The notes beneath the pieces were generated by a model. That model was not told the origin of the DNA. It did not search any database and worked only from the letters and a program-made list of their open reading frames with translations. DNA of 63,224 nt, counting the filler, from Eremomyces bilateralis CBS 781.70 (taxonomy: Eukaryota), in the NCBI GenBank assembly GCA_010015585.1. It is 7 parts of 7 records of this genome, joined end to end, with 100 filler letters (N's around TTAATTAATTAA, not from the genome) between each part and the next. Parts side by side here need not be neighbours in the genome. Positions count along the whole stretch, not along the records: positions 35,132 to 51,323 come from ML975161.1; positions 51,424 to 57,656 come from ML975166.1; positions 57,757 to 58,821 come from ML975173.1; 4 more parts are not named here. One strand, 5' to 3'. Both the position numbers and the translations under genes were made by a program. Shown here in pieces: positions 47,710-58,921 of this stretch (the stretch's first letter is position 1; every line of letters starts with the position of its first letter).

Positions 47710-48386
47710 TTATCTCAGCAAGCTCAGACGGTATCTTCAGATGCTGCACGTGACTACGGTGTGGCGGTGCAGCCAAGGTATCTTCAGATACCGTCTGAGG
47801 TCCTTTTGTAAGGTTTGTGTGGTGGTGTAGTTGAAGTTTTCAGAGTTCCCAGTCGTTTCAGTCAACCATTTAACTTTCAGTACTCGAAATTAGCTTAAAG
47901 TTTATGTAAGGACATAAGCCTCCTGTAGTCATGTGACGGGGTCATATGACTAGAACATAGAGAATTAGTATATATGGTTTCCAACCCCAATGACCCCTGT
48001 TTGGGATCATTGTGATCTTTTATGGTCCAATGGTATTAGCGCGGAGGGTTGGTCACGTGTCATTACAGTTTACGCGGGGCTAGGTAAAGGGCAAAAGAAC
48101 CCGCTCTTATATAGTATATTAAAAAATATATCAAAATAATTCTATAATAAAGGATTAGCATCAGCGGTTTCGAAGGGCTGGTGTAGTTGGACTTTTGGGG
48201 CGACCCCGGTCGCTAATTTTGGTGGAGTTTAGTACGCCGTAGGGGCCAAATCCGCTCTTTTTACCTACGCGCCCACCAAAATGCTGCAGATGGTCCTCAG
48301 ACGGCATCTGAAGATGCCTGCACCGCCACAACCATCTTCCAGATCCCGTCTGAGTCCCAACTGAGATAAGTTGAGGTAAGACCTTC
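47710..48386. mobile_element. Non-autonomous long-TIR element (MITE/MULE-derivative-like)
   Basis: Imperfect roughly 110-bp inverted repeats: TTATCTCAG/CTGAGATAA, GTGGCGGTGCAG/CTGCACCGCCAC, GGTATCTTCAGATACCGTCTGAGG/CCTCAGACGGCATCTGAAGATGCC; AT-rich non-coding interior. Confidence 0.65.
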
Positions 48387-48542
48387 GTGTCATGATCACG
48401 TGCGATGACTTGTGATGGCCTAGACTACCTTCGTACTCCTCTTTCAGTCTGTCTGATCTGTAGTTCTTCCTTTCCACCCATCAAAACCCCTTTTTGAGTC
48501 ACCTCCAAATTTCGATCATTTACCTACTGTCCCAACTTCAAC

Positions 48543-50718
48543 ATGGCTCTATGCAAAAAATGCCGCTCAATCAAGTTCACGCCCGTTGACGACTTAGCTG
48601 ATAAGAGGCTGGTCGATGCTTTAGACTCATCAGCTATAGGCCGGTTTCCTTCCGGGATCCAAACCGTCTACATTCACTCAGTGTCGTGGAATGACTTAGA
48701 ACAATCAGTATCTCCGACCGGCTGTTATGCTTGTCATGCATTATTATTTTATATTAAGTTCTCCGCCATACCGCTCGGTGAAGCCTATCGTTGGGGCAAA
48801 ATGCACCCAATACTCCCCGACGATACAGTATCCTCGCCAGTTATCCTCAGCATGTCTAGTGAAGAGCCCGAAACCTTATTTCTTGGTTGCGATACACGGA
48901 AGGCGATTCTATTACGCGAAGAAGTACCTAGTAAGTTTGTTTCTTATGGTTACAAGGTGAGGTCATATTCTCATTCTCGGAATAGGTTCACTGGTCAGGT
49001 ATACCAGCGCACAGCTTGAAAAAGACGACACAACCACAGGCTCCCAAAAGACTATGGATCTGCTACGCACATGGCTCGAAATGTGCATCGCAAACCACCC
49101 GGATTGTACCAAGTATTGCAGTCAGAAAAGCTCGACGCCCCCAACTAGAGTCTTGGACGTAGGGTCCAAGGGGACGGCTGACGATCCGAAGTTGTTCGTG
49201 TCAAATGGCATCAACGCTCCGTATCTTGCTTTGAGTCACTGTTGGGGAAAGTCCCCTATTCCAACTACCACGACAGCTAACATAGCCGAAAGACAGACGG
49301 GGATACCTTTCGGCATTCTGCCAAAGAATTTCCAAGATGCAATCGTAGTGGCTCGTTTGTTGTCTATTCGATATCTCTGGATCGATTCCCTGTGCATCGT
49401 CCAAGACAGTAAACAGGACTGGGACATCGAGTCCGCTCGAATGGCGGCCGTCTACAAAAACGCGGTATGCACGCTCGCTGCTGCAGGCTCAGCTGATCCC
49501 AGTGGAGGACTCTTTGGCATTCGTGATCCTAGGGTCAACCGACCGTGTTGGCTGCCCATTCCTACTGAAAACGGAAGTGAAGGAGTCGAAACGAACACGC
49601 AAGGCTCGTTCTGGTGCCAGCCTGGGTTGAGGCCGAACGGGCCCCTTTACACTCGAGCTTGGGTTCTCCAGGAACAAGCCCTTTCCGGAAGAATGGTCTC
49701 TTTTTCTGCGAATAGGATTTTCTGGGATTGCCTTGAGGCGTCTAGGTCTGAATTAAAGCTTTCCTCAAGTGCCGTTGAAGGGCCGACGGGCGAAGCGTTG
49801 ATCAAGTTCAAGAGATTAACGGCGCAAATCGACTCTCCATCATCTCCGGAGGATGCCACTTCATCATCTCCGGAGGATGCCACTTCATCATCTCCGGAGG
49901 ATGCCACTTCATCATCTCCGGAGGATGCCATTTCATCATCTCCGGAAGATGCCACTGTATTACCGGGCTTCAAGGATGCGGGGTATACAACATGGTACGA
50001 CATATTGCACTCATACATGGATCGAAAGGTTACATATAATACCGACAGACTGCCGGCAATATCAGCTGTGGCACAGGAAATGAGCCAGATCTTGGACGAC
50101 CAATATTATGCGGGCATCTGGCGCGGCGATTTGATTGTAGGCCTGCTCTGGTGCTGCTACTCCAAGGACTGGAGCAGAATTAAGCCGCCACTCAAGTATG
50201 TCGCACCGTCCTGGTCATGGGCCTCGATACAGAGTGGACTCTCCTGTTCCCGTGATTTTCGAGCAATACCCGAGGAGGGAGACCCACGCAGTTTTAAAGG
50301 CGGATCGAGCGGGGATTCCGAGAGAGATTACGCTGAGTTGGAGATTTTAGAGATCAATACTTCGCCTTCTGGACCAAGCACCTTTGGCAGTCTCGCCTCC
50401 GGGAGCGTCAGTTTAAAGTGTTGGATTAAATTTGCAGTCCTGAGCATAACCTCCGGGGCCAACAACCTCCTTGAGACCGACTCAGGCCTTCAAATTGGAG
50501 GGTTCATCGCCGATGAGCCCCTTAGAGATGATATGCAAGGCAGGGAATTGTGGTGCCTGCTGGCTGGTTGGCATGAGGACTTTCCGGATATGTCAACCTG
50601 CCTGATTTTATTGCCTACAGGATTTGCCGTTGACGAATGTCGGCGAATTGGAGTTGGGGGCGTCGCAGAGCAGTCTTGGGATACCGTTACAGAGATGAGG
50701 CGCGTCGTTATTGTTTAA
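48543..50718 (+). CDS. Heterokaryon incompatibility (HET-domain) protein, 1 intron (48931-48985)
   Basis: MALCKKC N-terminus; PTRVLDV, YLALSHCWG, LPKNFQDAI, RYLWIDSLCIVQD, MAAVYKNA, TRAWVLQE, DRLPAISAVA, APSWSWAS. Confidence 0.94.
49840..49956 (+). repeat. In-frame 24-bp minisatellite, (SSPEDATS) x5, in the HET gene
   Basis: TCATCTCCGGAGGATGCCACTTCA x5, near-perfect. Confidence 0.95.
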
Positions 50719-50799
50719 ACCTTGTTAGGTAAACCTGTGAGCTTGCCTGCTGCCAACATGAAGTTGGACGGTGAAGTCTGTCGTTGAACTAAGAAGTTG

Positions 50800-51175
50800 T
50801 GTGACAGTCTTGGGCTTCGCCCAGTCTGTTTGTTGTGGCCTTGCGGCCTAAGGCAGAAGGGATGGGTAGACCGTTTGCCCAGAGATGTAAATAGCAGATC
50901 GCAGTGAGAGAGATCTTCTCCTTCTCTCTTTAGCAATTCAACAGCGATACCAGCTTACCAAATCCTTCGTGGTTTGGGCCCTTGACACTGAATTTGCATT
51001 TGTATGTGTTTTGCAGCGTATCTCAAGATACGGTGTATGGCTATCAGATTTGGTAATTTTCGGGGGTGTGCCCAGACACATGTCTACTTAGTGTAGCTTC
51101 CCTTCTGTCCTTCTCCTCACTAGCTTTCTAATAAATGAAAGTGGTATTCGCAGCCTTCGCGATCAAACCGTCTCA
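50800..51175 (+). mobile_element. Probable solo LTR related to the LTR at 61802-61896; left boundary uncertain
   Basis: TAGCTTT..AATAAATGAAAGTGGT..TCG...GCGATCAAACCGTCTCA is shared with 61842-61896; candidate TGTGACAG start. Confidence 0.6.
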
Positions 51176-51885
51176 CCACTCGCCGACGGATTGCATTGTC
51201 AACAGCGCGCGGGGATGAATCCCTTGCAGACGACCGGGTTATGTAGCGCGGTGGTGTACGTAGTCGAGCATCCTTGTTGATGCGAGCTACTGAGCCTCAG
51301 CCGCTCGCTACTTGATTTGTTTTNNNNNNNNNNNNNNNNNNNNNNNNNNNNNNNNNNNNNNNNNNNNTTAATTAATTAANNNNNNNNNNNNNNNNNNNNN
51401 NNNNNNNNNNNNNNNNNNNNNNNAGAGAGCGTCCTAGACGTGCTGCAGCAGAGATGGCTTCAAATGCTTGGAAAGGGCTTAGCCCGCGCAAGAGACAGCG
51501 ACGTTAGTAGCTTTGATACATCAATAGGACGAGGCTTTTAAGATGCGCTTCAAACTTCCTCAGTAGAAAAGAGGTGACAATAGTGACATGTGGAGTATAC
51601 CAGCGCTGGTAGGATTAGGAGGAGCTAGTCCTAATTAAGAATTTAATTTCCACCATTGCTAGCGTGGTGGGAAAATAGCATTTGGTGGAAAAATAACAAA
51701 ACCTGGTGGGAAAATATCACCAGCCCGTTAAGATTGACGAATACGCTAGGTCGGATATGGATCTCACTACCTCTGGCAGGTTACCGATTGTTTCCGTGAT
51801 TGATTGACACGCCAAAACGATCAACACAACACCACTATATTCTTCTTCTGTTCATAACCAATATACTACATAGTCTAGAGGCAAT

Positions 51886-53275
51886 CTACCCTTCAAACAG
51901 TGCCTTTGCTTCCTTGATAACATCGTATCCGTACATGCCCTGCAACACCTTGTCATCGTTCAGCTGGTTAGGAGTTGATGACGTTTCGGATTCCTTTGCC
52001 AGCGCCTGGTCCCGCTCTCTTTGCTCCTGTCCTTTACTCCTGTTAGCGTCTATTGGTACACATCAAAGCCAACTTACCATCCGGAAAGTGGAAGTATTGT
52101 CTGTTTCTCCTTCCTGCCTCGCGCATAGAGAAAGCCCTCGGAATCCTCAGCTTTTGGAAAGCATCAAGCACGTCTCTGAGCGAATGGCGTTCTCCAACGG
52201 CGTTCAAACACTCTGCCAGAGCGGCAGCGTCTTCGGCAGCGCTAGCAGCACCTTGCCCCACGTATGGGAGCATCGGATGAGCGGCGTCTCCGATCAATAC
52301 GAGATTTCCAGTGGGATGGACCCATTTCTCGAGCGCAGGCCGATCTCTCAAACTCCACATGTAGGTCGTGTCAACCATCTCGAGGAGCTTTCGCAGACGC
52401 GGATCCCAAGTTTCAAAGAAATCTTTCAGCTTCTTGGGCTCTCCTTTGAGCGTCCAGCTCTCTTCTTGAATGTCGTCGCCCTCTGGCATGAGCACGACCA
52501 GGTTGTAGAACTCTCCGCCCCGGATCAAATACCCGACAATGTGGGCACCATGGCCCAGCCAGACGACTGAGCCGTTCTCTAACTCCAAGCCTTCAAAAGC
52601 CGGGTCCTGCACGCACTCGCGCCTCATCATGCCCCGGTATGCGCAGTCTCCGGTGGGCTCGGCTGGCGTGTCGGTCCCGAGAACCTCCTTTATAAACATG
52701 GACTTGGCTCCATCCGCAGCGATTACAAGGTCTGCTTCAAACTTCCTCCCGTCGACCGTCTCGACGGTGTCTTTCGAGTTTTCGGTCCGTGGAATGTACT
52801 TTACGACATTGCTTTTCGTGTACATCTTCGTCCCCAGCTGCTCCGCCCGCCGCATAAGTGCGCCGTGCAGATCTGCACGGTGGATATGGAAGTAGTAGTA
52901 CCCAAACTGGTTCTTCATGCGGTCGTCTCTATTGAGCGGAAACTTGGTCAGCTCCGCGCCGTTCTGCCAGCGCACTTGCTTCACCTGTCCGGGCTTCCAT
53001 CCGGTCCTGGCTATTTCATCTGCGAGACCCCACTGGTCGAGCAGCCGGGTGAAGTTTGGCGTCACCTGGATACCTGCGCCGATTTCACAAATCTCAGAGG
53101 CGCTCTCAAGAACAGTGATGTTATACGGTGTTTGAGAGAGCTGGGATTCTGTCAAGAGCGCCACTGCCGCAGCGAGGCCTAGGCTTTGTTAGAAATCTGC
53201 AGAGGAGCGGGGATGACTGCCCGAGATACCTCCAATTCCAGCGCCAACAATGACGACGTCGGCTCGTTTTGCCAT
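51886..53275 (-). CDS. FAD-dependent aromatic monooxygenase (salicylate / 3-hydroxybenzoate hydroxylase-like), 2 introns
   Basis: VVIVGAGIGG, EIGAGIQ, HRADL, IAADGAKS, LIGDAAHPMLPYVGQGA; terminal exon YGYDV. Confidence 0.93.
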
Positions 53276-53598
53276 TTTCGAAAACCTGATCATCAAACGA
53301 CGCAGGCTATCGTGAATCCGCTTTATCACTGCAGCTTCTAATAGTCCATTGCGTAGCAGTAGCAAAAAAATGATTCGGGGGTCCCCATGCCTGCCTCCGC
53401 TTCTCCGAGCGATCTAGGGCATGTTTGCAGCCACGTCCGCCCCTAAGTGCCACTGACTCCCACACTTCCGAATGCCTGGTTTCCTAATTTTATTAGTGCT
53501 TCAGTGGATTGAGCAATGATTCTCAGTCGCCACTAATGGTGGCTCACTTCGATCAGTTGCGTCCAAGGGACGAGCGACTGTTAATCTCGCCACCGCAG

Positions 53599-55135
53599 AT
53601 GACGAACGTCCTCGTCGTCGGCTGCGGCCCGACTGGACTTGTTACGGCGGTTCTATTCGCGAACCAAGGCGCTAGTTGCGCAATTGTCGAGCGCCACGCT
53701 TCACAGTTTGGGGAGCCAAAGGCGCATGTTATCAATGCGCGATCGCTGGAAATTTTGAGACATGCCGGAATCGACGTTGCAGCACTTACCCGCCAAGAGG
53801 TGTCGAGTGAGAGCGGAGACAAGGTAGGGTTTCTGACCAATCTGACGAGAGAACAATCGGCTGTCTGCTATACGAACGACAAGAAGAAGCCGCCAAGGCC
53901 CTGGCACCGGAGCCACTATTCAACCTCGCACAGCCAGAGCTTAAACGGTCGCTGGAAGAGGCGGCACTGGCTACCGGCAAAGTCACGATCCATCGGCGGC
54001 AGGATTGGGTTGGCTATGAGCTCGATAACGACATCGTTGTTTAAGGTGCTTGAACGAGATCCTAGAAAGGAGACCATTATCGAATTAACATGCGTCATCG
54101 GCGCAGATGGCACGAACTCGGCCGTGAGAACTCAGATCTCCGGCATGACCTTTGACACCATCGATTCCACCAAGTCTCCGATGAACTATATCTCTTTGCA
54201 CTGTTCAGTCGATATAGAGTCGTTTATGGAGCCGTTGGTTAACTTCACCGTGGAGAAGTACAAAAGCTGATATCAGCACCGCCATTGGCCGCGAATGGCC
54301 AACCGATATCTAGTCGGTTCAGGTCTGAACAACATCTCCCAAGATTGCGAGCTCCTACTCCAACGACAGGCACTGGGACTTCCTGGTCGGAGATGCCGCT
54401 TACACGTTCCCTCCCATGGGCGGACTCGGCAAGAACATGGGAATCGCTGACGCACACAATCTCGTGGGGAAGCCCAAGTACGTTAGAGACGGCGCGATCA
54501 AGTATCCCGAGGCTTTCCTGAGCTCGTACACCTTGGAACGCAAGCCCCTAGTTCTGGCGAACGCAGTGCAGTCTGCCGTCAACGAAGTTCACATGCGGGG
54601 ACTCGGTGCAGAGGCGGATGCTGATTCGGAAAAAGCAATGTCTAACGATTCAGTGACGCCCACAGCGCTTATTCAGACTCCTCGTGTACAAGATAGAGTT
54701 GCACGGGCAAGTGAGTTGAACAGTAACCACTTTGACTCGCTGGGTCTCTCCAGCTGGGCTACATTTACGACGAGGCAACGTTCTTAAAATCACAAAGGAG
54801 CATTTGCGGGAGGACTGTGCTCTCTACGAGCCGTCATTCCAAGCTGCCGCAAAGCTACTGTACTCGTGGCTCGAGGGTCGGCAGAGTCAAAGTCGACCCT
54901 CGATCTCGTCCACGACTGTCACTTCTCGCTCCTCACTCGGACTCCCGGCCTCTCCCGACCGCTTGGTAGCGGCTGCGTGCGGTAGGCGTGATGGACGTCC
55001 AAGAAAAGGGAATTCCCCCTCTTAGATACGCGATGCCGATTTAGATCACCGTTCTCTGCTTGTGAGGCCTGATTAGCACGGTCTAGGCTCTGTGCAAGAG
55101 GTAGAAGAGGTCGAAGGTTTGCTAATGTGTACTTG
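53599..55135 (+). pseudogene. FAD-dependent phenol monooxygenase (TfdB/PheA-like) pseudogene
   Basis: VLVVGCGPTG, PKAHVINARSLEI, VIGADG, GDAAYTFPPMGGLGKNMGIADAHNL, NHFDSLGL, LLVRPD*H split across several frameshifts. Confidence 0.85.
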
Positions 55136-55285
55136 AAGAATTAGGTAGAGTAAGTAGATCATCTGCCCGCGACCTTTTATAATCGCTTAACAAAAGATAT
55201 CTGGTCAGGCTCTTCGGAAGCTTTGCCGGATAAACAAAATCGAATTATCTCGGTAGAGAATTCCTTATCTCTTCAAAGGACCATC

Positions 55286-56020
55286 CTAGTCTATAATTTG
55301 CCTCGTGTAGAGCACTGCCATACTCACCGCCATTTGGCGCCGTCTGAATGGTGTAGATATGATACATTTCTGGTTCCGTGTTGCGCAAAAATACCCCCAA
55401 GTGATGGTCAAACTCAACCACGACAACCGGACTTTGAATCCTATAGTAGAACAGATCTTCCGTCTCCACAATCACCAATGCAGCAGAACCACGTCTCATC
55501 AGGATGGTTCTAGATCCATTGCTTCTGCTTTTCCCAGACAGACTCGGGCAGGTAGATGAGTATCTGTCTGGGGATTTGAAAGACGAGGTCATTCTCGCTC
55601 TCTTCTAACAGGGTCACCCGGATACCCTCGCACGGCGCGTCGCTGTTATCTTGGAAAGTACCGCCCATGTGCCTCTGATCTGCCTCGTTCCACCTGTCCG
55701 GCAGAATTCCCTCCGTGTGCATCTCCTTGTAGACCTGGGCCCGAGCTGCTCCTCCTGAAGCATCGTCGTGGTCCCCTTCTAGGGGCCGTGATTAATATCG
55801 TTTGGCTCGGCGCCGATGAAGACGGGCGTAATTATTATCTGCTTGCGGTGCAGATACGTGTACATGCAGAAATGGTGCCCCTAGATGTTCCAGCCCCAAG
55901 GCTCCTCGGTTGATGGGTCGCCGTACAGGATAAAGTTGTAGCAGCGGCTAGGTATACTGGTTAGCATGCTCGCCAAACCCCACTTTACCGGGACGATCAG
56001 AAATACTCTGGTTCAGCCTA
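55286..56020 (-). pseudogene. DUF3500-family pseudogene
   Basis: YNFILYGDPSTEEPWGWNI*GHHFC...PVFIGAEPN and FYYRIQSPVVVVEFDHHLGVFLRNTEP..HIYTIQTAPNGGEYG; in-frame TAG stops and frameshifts. Confidence 0.8.
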
Positions 56021-56169
56021 TGTGGGCTTGTGCTCCACACAGCCTTGCCCCCACATCGGAAGCACTAGCGTGGATTCGTAGGGTTACAGAGCGAGGGGAT
56101 AACCATGTGTCGCAGGCCAAGGCATGAGCTCTAGGAGTCCAAGGCTACAAAATGCATTAATAATCTTTG

Positions 56170-57656
56170 TGATGGATCAGAGGTCCGCAGACCTGGATGC
56201 CTTGTGGCCCTGTGGCCCGTTTGCTCTGTAAACACCAGAACAGATAAACGCCTCGCACACCTNNNNNNNNNNNNNNNNNNNNNNNNNNNNNNNNNNNNNN
56301 NNNNNNNNNNNNNNNNNNNNNNNNNNNNNNNNNNNNNNNNNNNNNNNNNNNNNNNNNNNNNNNNNNNNNNNNNNNNNNNNNNNNNNNNNNNNNNNNNNNN
56401 NNNNNNNNNNNNNNNNNNNNNNNNNNNNNNNNNNNNNNNNNNNNNNNNNNNNNNNNNNNNNNNNNNNNNNNNNNNNNNNNNNACTAGGACCCATCGAAAG
56501 AAAGACCCATAAAGAACCGGAATTACCGAACCGACGAATCAAGATGTCAGAACCCCATCGATCCTTGTCGGCGTACAGATCGGCTGAACAAGAATCGGAA
56601 TTCGAGCCGCAGGCTCAGCAAGAGATACAAGATGTGGCCGACACTCCGCAGATGAAACACGCGGGAGTATACCCAGAAGACAGGCGGCAAGAGATCCGTC
56701 AAGGGAAAAAGCCTATTAAAGCAGGCACTGAGAGAAAGATCCTAAAGTTAGATCCGAAGAACCACTACTACCTTCGTTTTGAAGAATCCGTAGTCCTCGA
56801 TGCTGAAGGTACGCCAACGAAGGCAGCTTCCGTAGGACTTCGAATCTTCCTTCGAAATCCTCATGGAGGAGACACCGTTACTAGGCCGGAGCGCCTTGCG
56901 ACCTTTTACACCGGTGATGCTTTCTTGCGTCACGTCCAAGATGACCCAAAGGGATGGTTTACCCTCGTCCTTCGCGCGGCGAAGAACTACCAAGACGAAC
57001 AAGAAACTATCATCGAACTATCAGCACGAGTACGAGAACTACGTGCGACGCTGGCCAAGGAAACGATGAAACCTGCCAATGCTTCCCTCGTTAAGAGAGA
57101 GGAGAAGTATATAGCGATAGATAACAAACTAAGCCGCATGCGAGCTCAGAGAAATAAGTATAAGTCTCAGCAGAAAGACCTCCAAGCCGAGATCGCAGAA
57201 CTCAAAAACAGGGTTAAAGACCTTGAGACCGAAAAGAGCCAGGTGGACCCTGTAGAGCGACGATATACTGGTTTCTACGAATCTGAAGAGGAAGATCCCG
57301 TAGAGCTGCCTCCGCTGAGGCCCCGAGCTCCAGCACCCTCCCCGGCAGTCGTCGAGTCTCGTCACACGACTCCTGGCACCAATGCCTCAATGTCCACTTC
57401 TACCAAGAAGCGTGCTACAAAGCCTTTCCAATTCAAAGGCAGCGATGAAGACAAGAAGCTATTTGACAACTGGAAGTTCATGGTCAACCATTGGTTCCGC
57501 CTCGACAGTCACCTATATACTACCGAAGAAGCTGTAGGCTACGTTGCTTCCTGCACAGGTGAAGACGCATTTAGTGCGATCCGACGACGTGTCGAGTCAG
57601 AGGACGAACCATACATGAGCGTGAAGGAACTCCTTACCGATCTTGAAGAAGTCTTT
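56170..57656 (+). mobile_element. LTR retrotransposon (Gypsy-like): 5' LTR plus gag-like ORF from 56544
   Basis: TGATGG LTR start matching the solo LTR at 47534-47709; ORF with coiled coil then P..FKG....F..W...V...F capsid-like motif; truncated by linker. Confidence 0.8.
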
Positions 57657-57756
57657 NNNNNNNNNNNNNNNNNNNNNNNNNNNNNNNNNNNNNNNNNNNN
57701 TTAATTAATTAANNNNNNNNNNNNNNNNNNNNNNNNNNNNNNNNNNNNNNNNNNNN

Positions 57757-58821
57757 CCGAATGACCCTTGAGCGTCTGCAGCGGCTTCCCCGACCCAGCG
57801 TCCCATAGCTTGACCGTCTGGTCGTCCGATGCCGACGCCAGCGACTTGCCGTCCGGCGAGAAGGCTACGGCCGTGACGAATTCCGAATGACCCTTGAGTG
57901 TCTGCAAGTGCGGGCTCCAATTTTCTGATACCCCAGTCACACATGAGACCCAATCTGGTATATTATCTGAAAAGTTCTTCTTGATAATGCTGGTATTCGG
58001 ACTAAATATTAGACCTGCGGAGTAGATTTGTAGCGGTGCCACCTCTAGGACTGGTCGAAAAGTGAGAATAAAGCGTACTGCATCATGTATTAGCGCTTGC
58101 AAACTTGACCGTGCTGCTTCCTTGTGATTTCTTGAACCTCTCTCGATCCCAGGTGTAACGCTGAATGAAAATATCGAACTGAGCTTGCCACGAAGTCTTT
58201 TTGGCTTCTGAAGTCGCCCCTCTCGCTTGTTCTTACAGGTCAGCTAGTTATGGCTGCTGCGGAACTAAAGTTTCTTACCAAGAATCCCGAATCCAGCATA
58301 TGAACCATAACTACCGCATCAGAGGCACAGCCTAACAGTGCCAGCGCTTCAAGCCAGTGAAGAAAGTGTATTCGGAGGAACTTTTCAATACTGCAGTAGC
58401 CATCACTGTCTACATCGCTTCGTCTGCAATGGTAGACCCAGAACCGGCATGCGTACTGGACATGAGGCTGAATATGCCGATCCACTTCGCTTCTGTTCAG
58501 CTCGGATATATCGGCTCCTGGACGTCGTAGATTGCAAATGTCGCGCTGTAAGTGATCTGACATTACTCGAAGACAGTTCACGTACATCTCACGATGGACC
58601 AATTTCTCATCGATGTAAAATTGAGGACTCGAGCATCTTTTCTGGTCAAGGAGAAAGTCGCGGAAGGATGGGTGGAGCAATCTAACGGTACCTGACTTGG
58701 TCTCTGGTACATGAAGAACAGAATGCAGGTTATATAAGGTCTGATTCAAAGTCTCAACATCTTTTCCAAGTAGCCTGGCAAGATTTGACACGGATAGAGG
58801 CTCAGGAGAAATGATGATCGG
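57757..58821 (-). CDS. NACHT-WD40 (HET-E-like) fungal NLR, internal fragment
   Basis: LHSVL.VP...[34 protein letters not shown], then WD repeats [34 protein letters not shown]; both ends in gaps. Confidence 0.9.
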
Positions 58822-58921
58822 NNNNNNNNNNNNNNNNNNNNNNNNNNNNNNNNNNNNNNNNNNNNTTAATTAATTAANNNNNNNNNNNNNNNNNNNNNNN
58901 NNNNNNNNNNNNNNNNNNNNN

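Noticed and set aside
36844..55135. Secondary-metabolite biosynthetic cluster
   Set aside because: No PKS, NRPS, terpene synthase or DMATS backbone gene seen.
23718..58821. HeLo + HET + NACHT-WD40 as one linked immune signalling system
   Set aside because: They lie on three contigs separated by artificial linkers, and no shared amyloid motif is visible.
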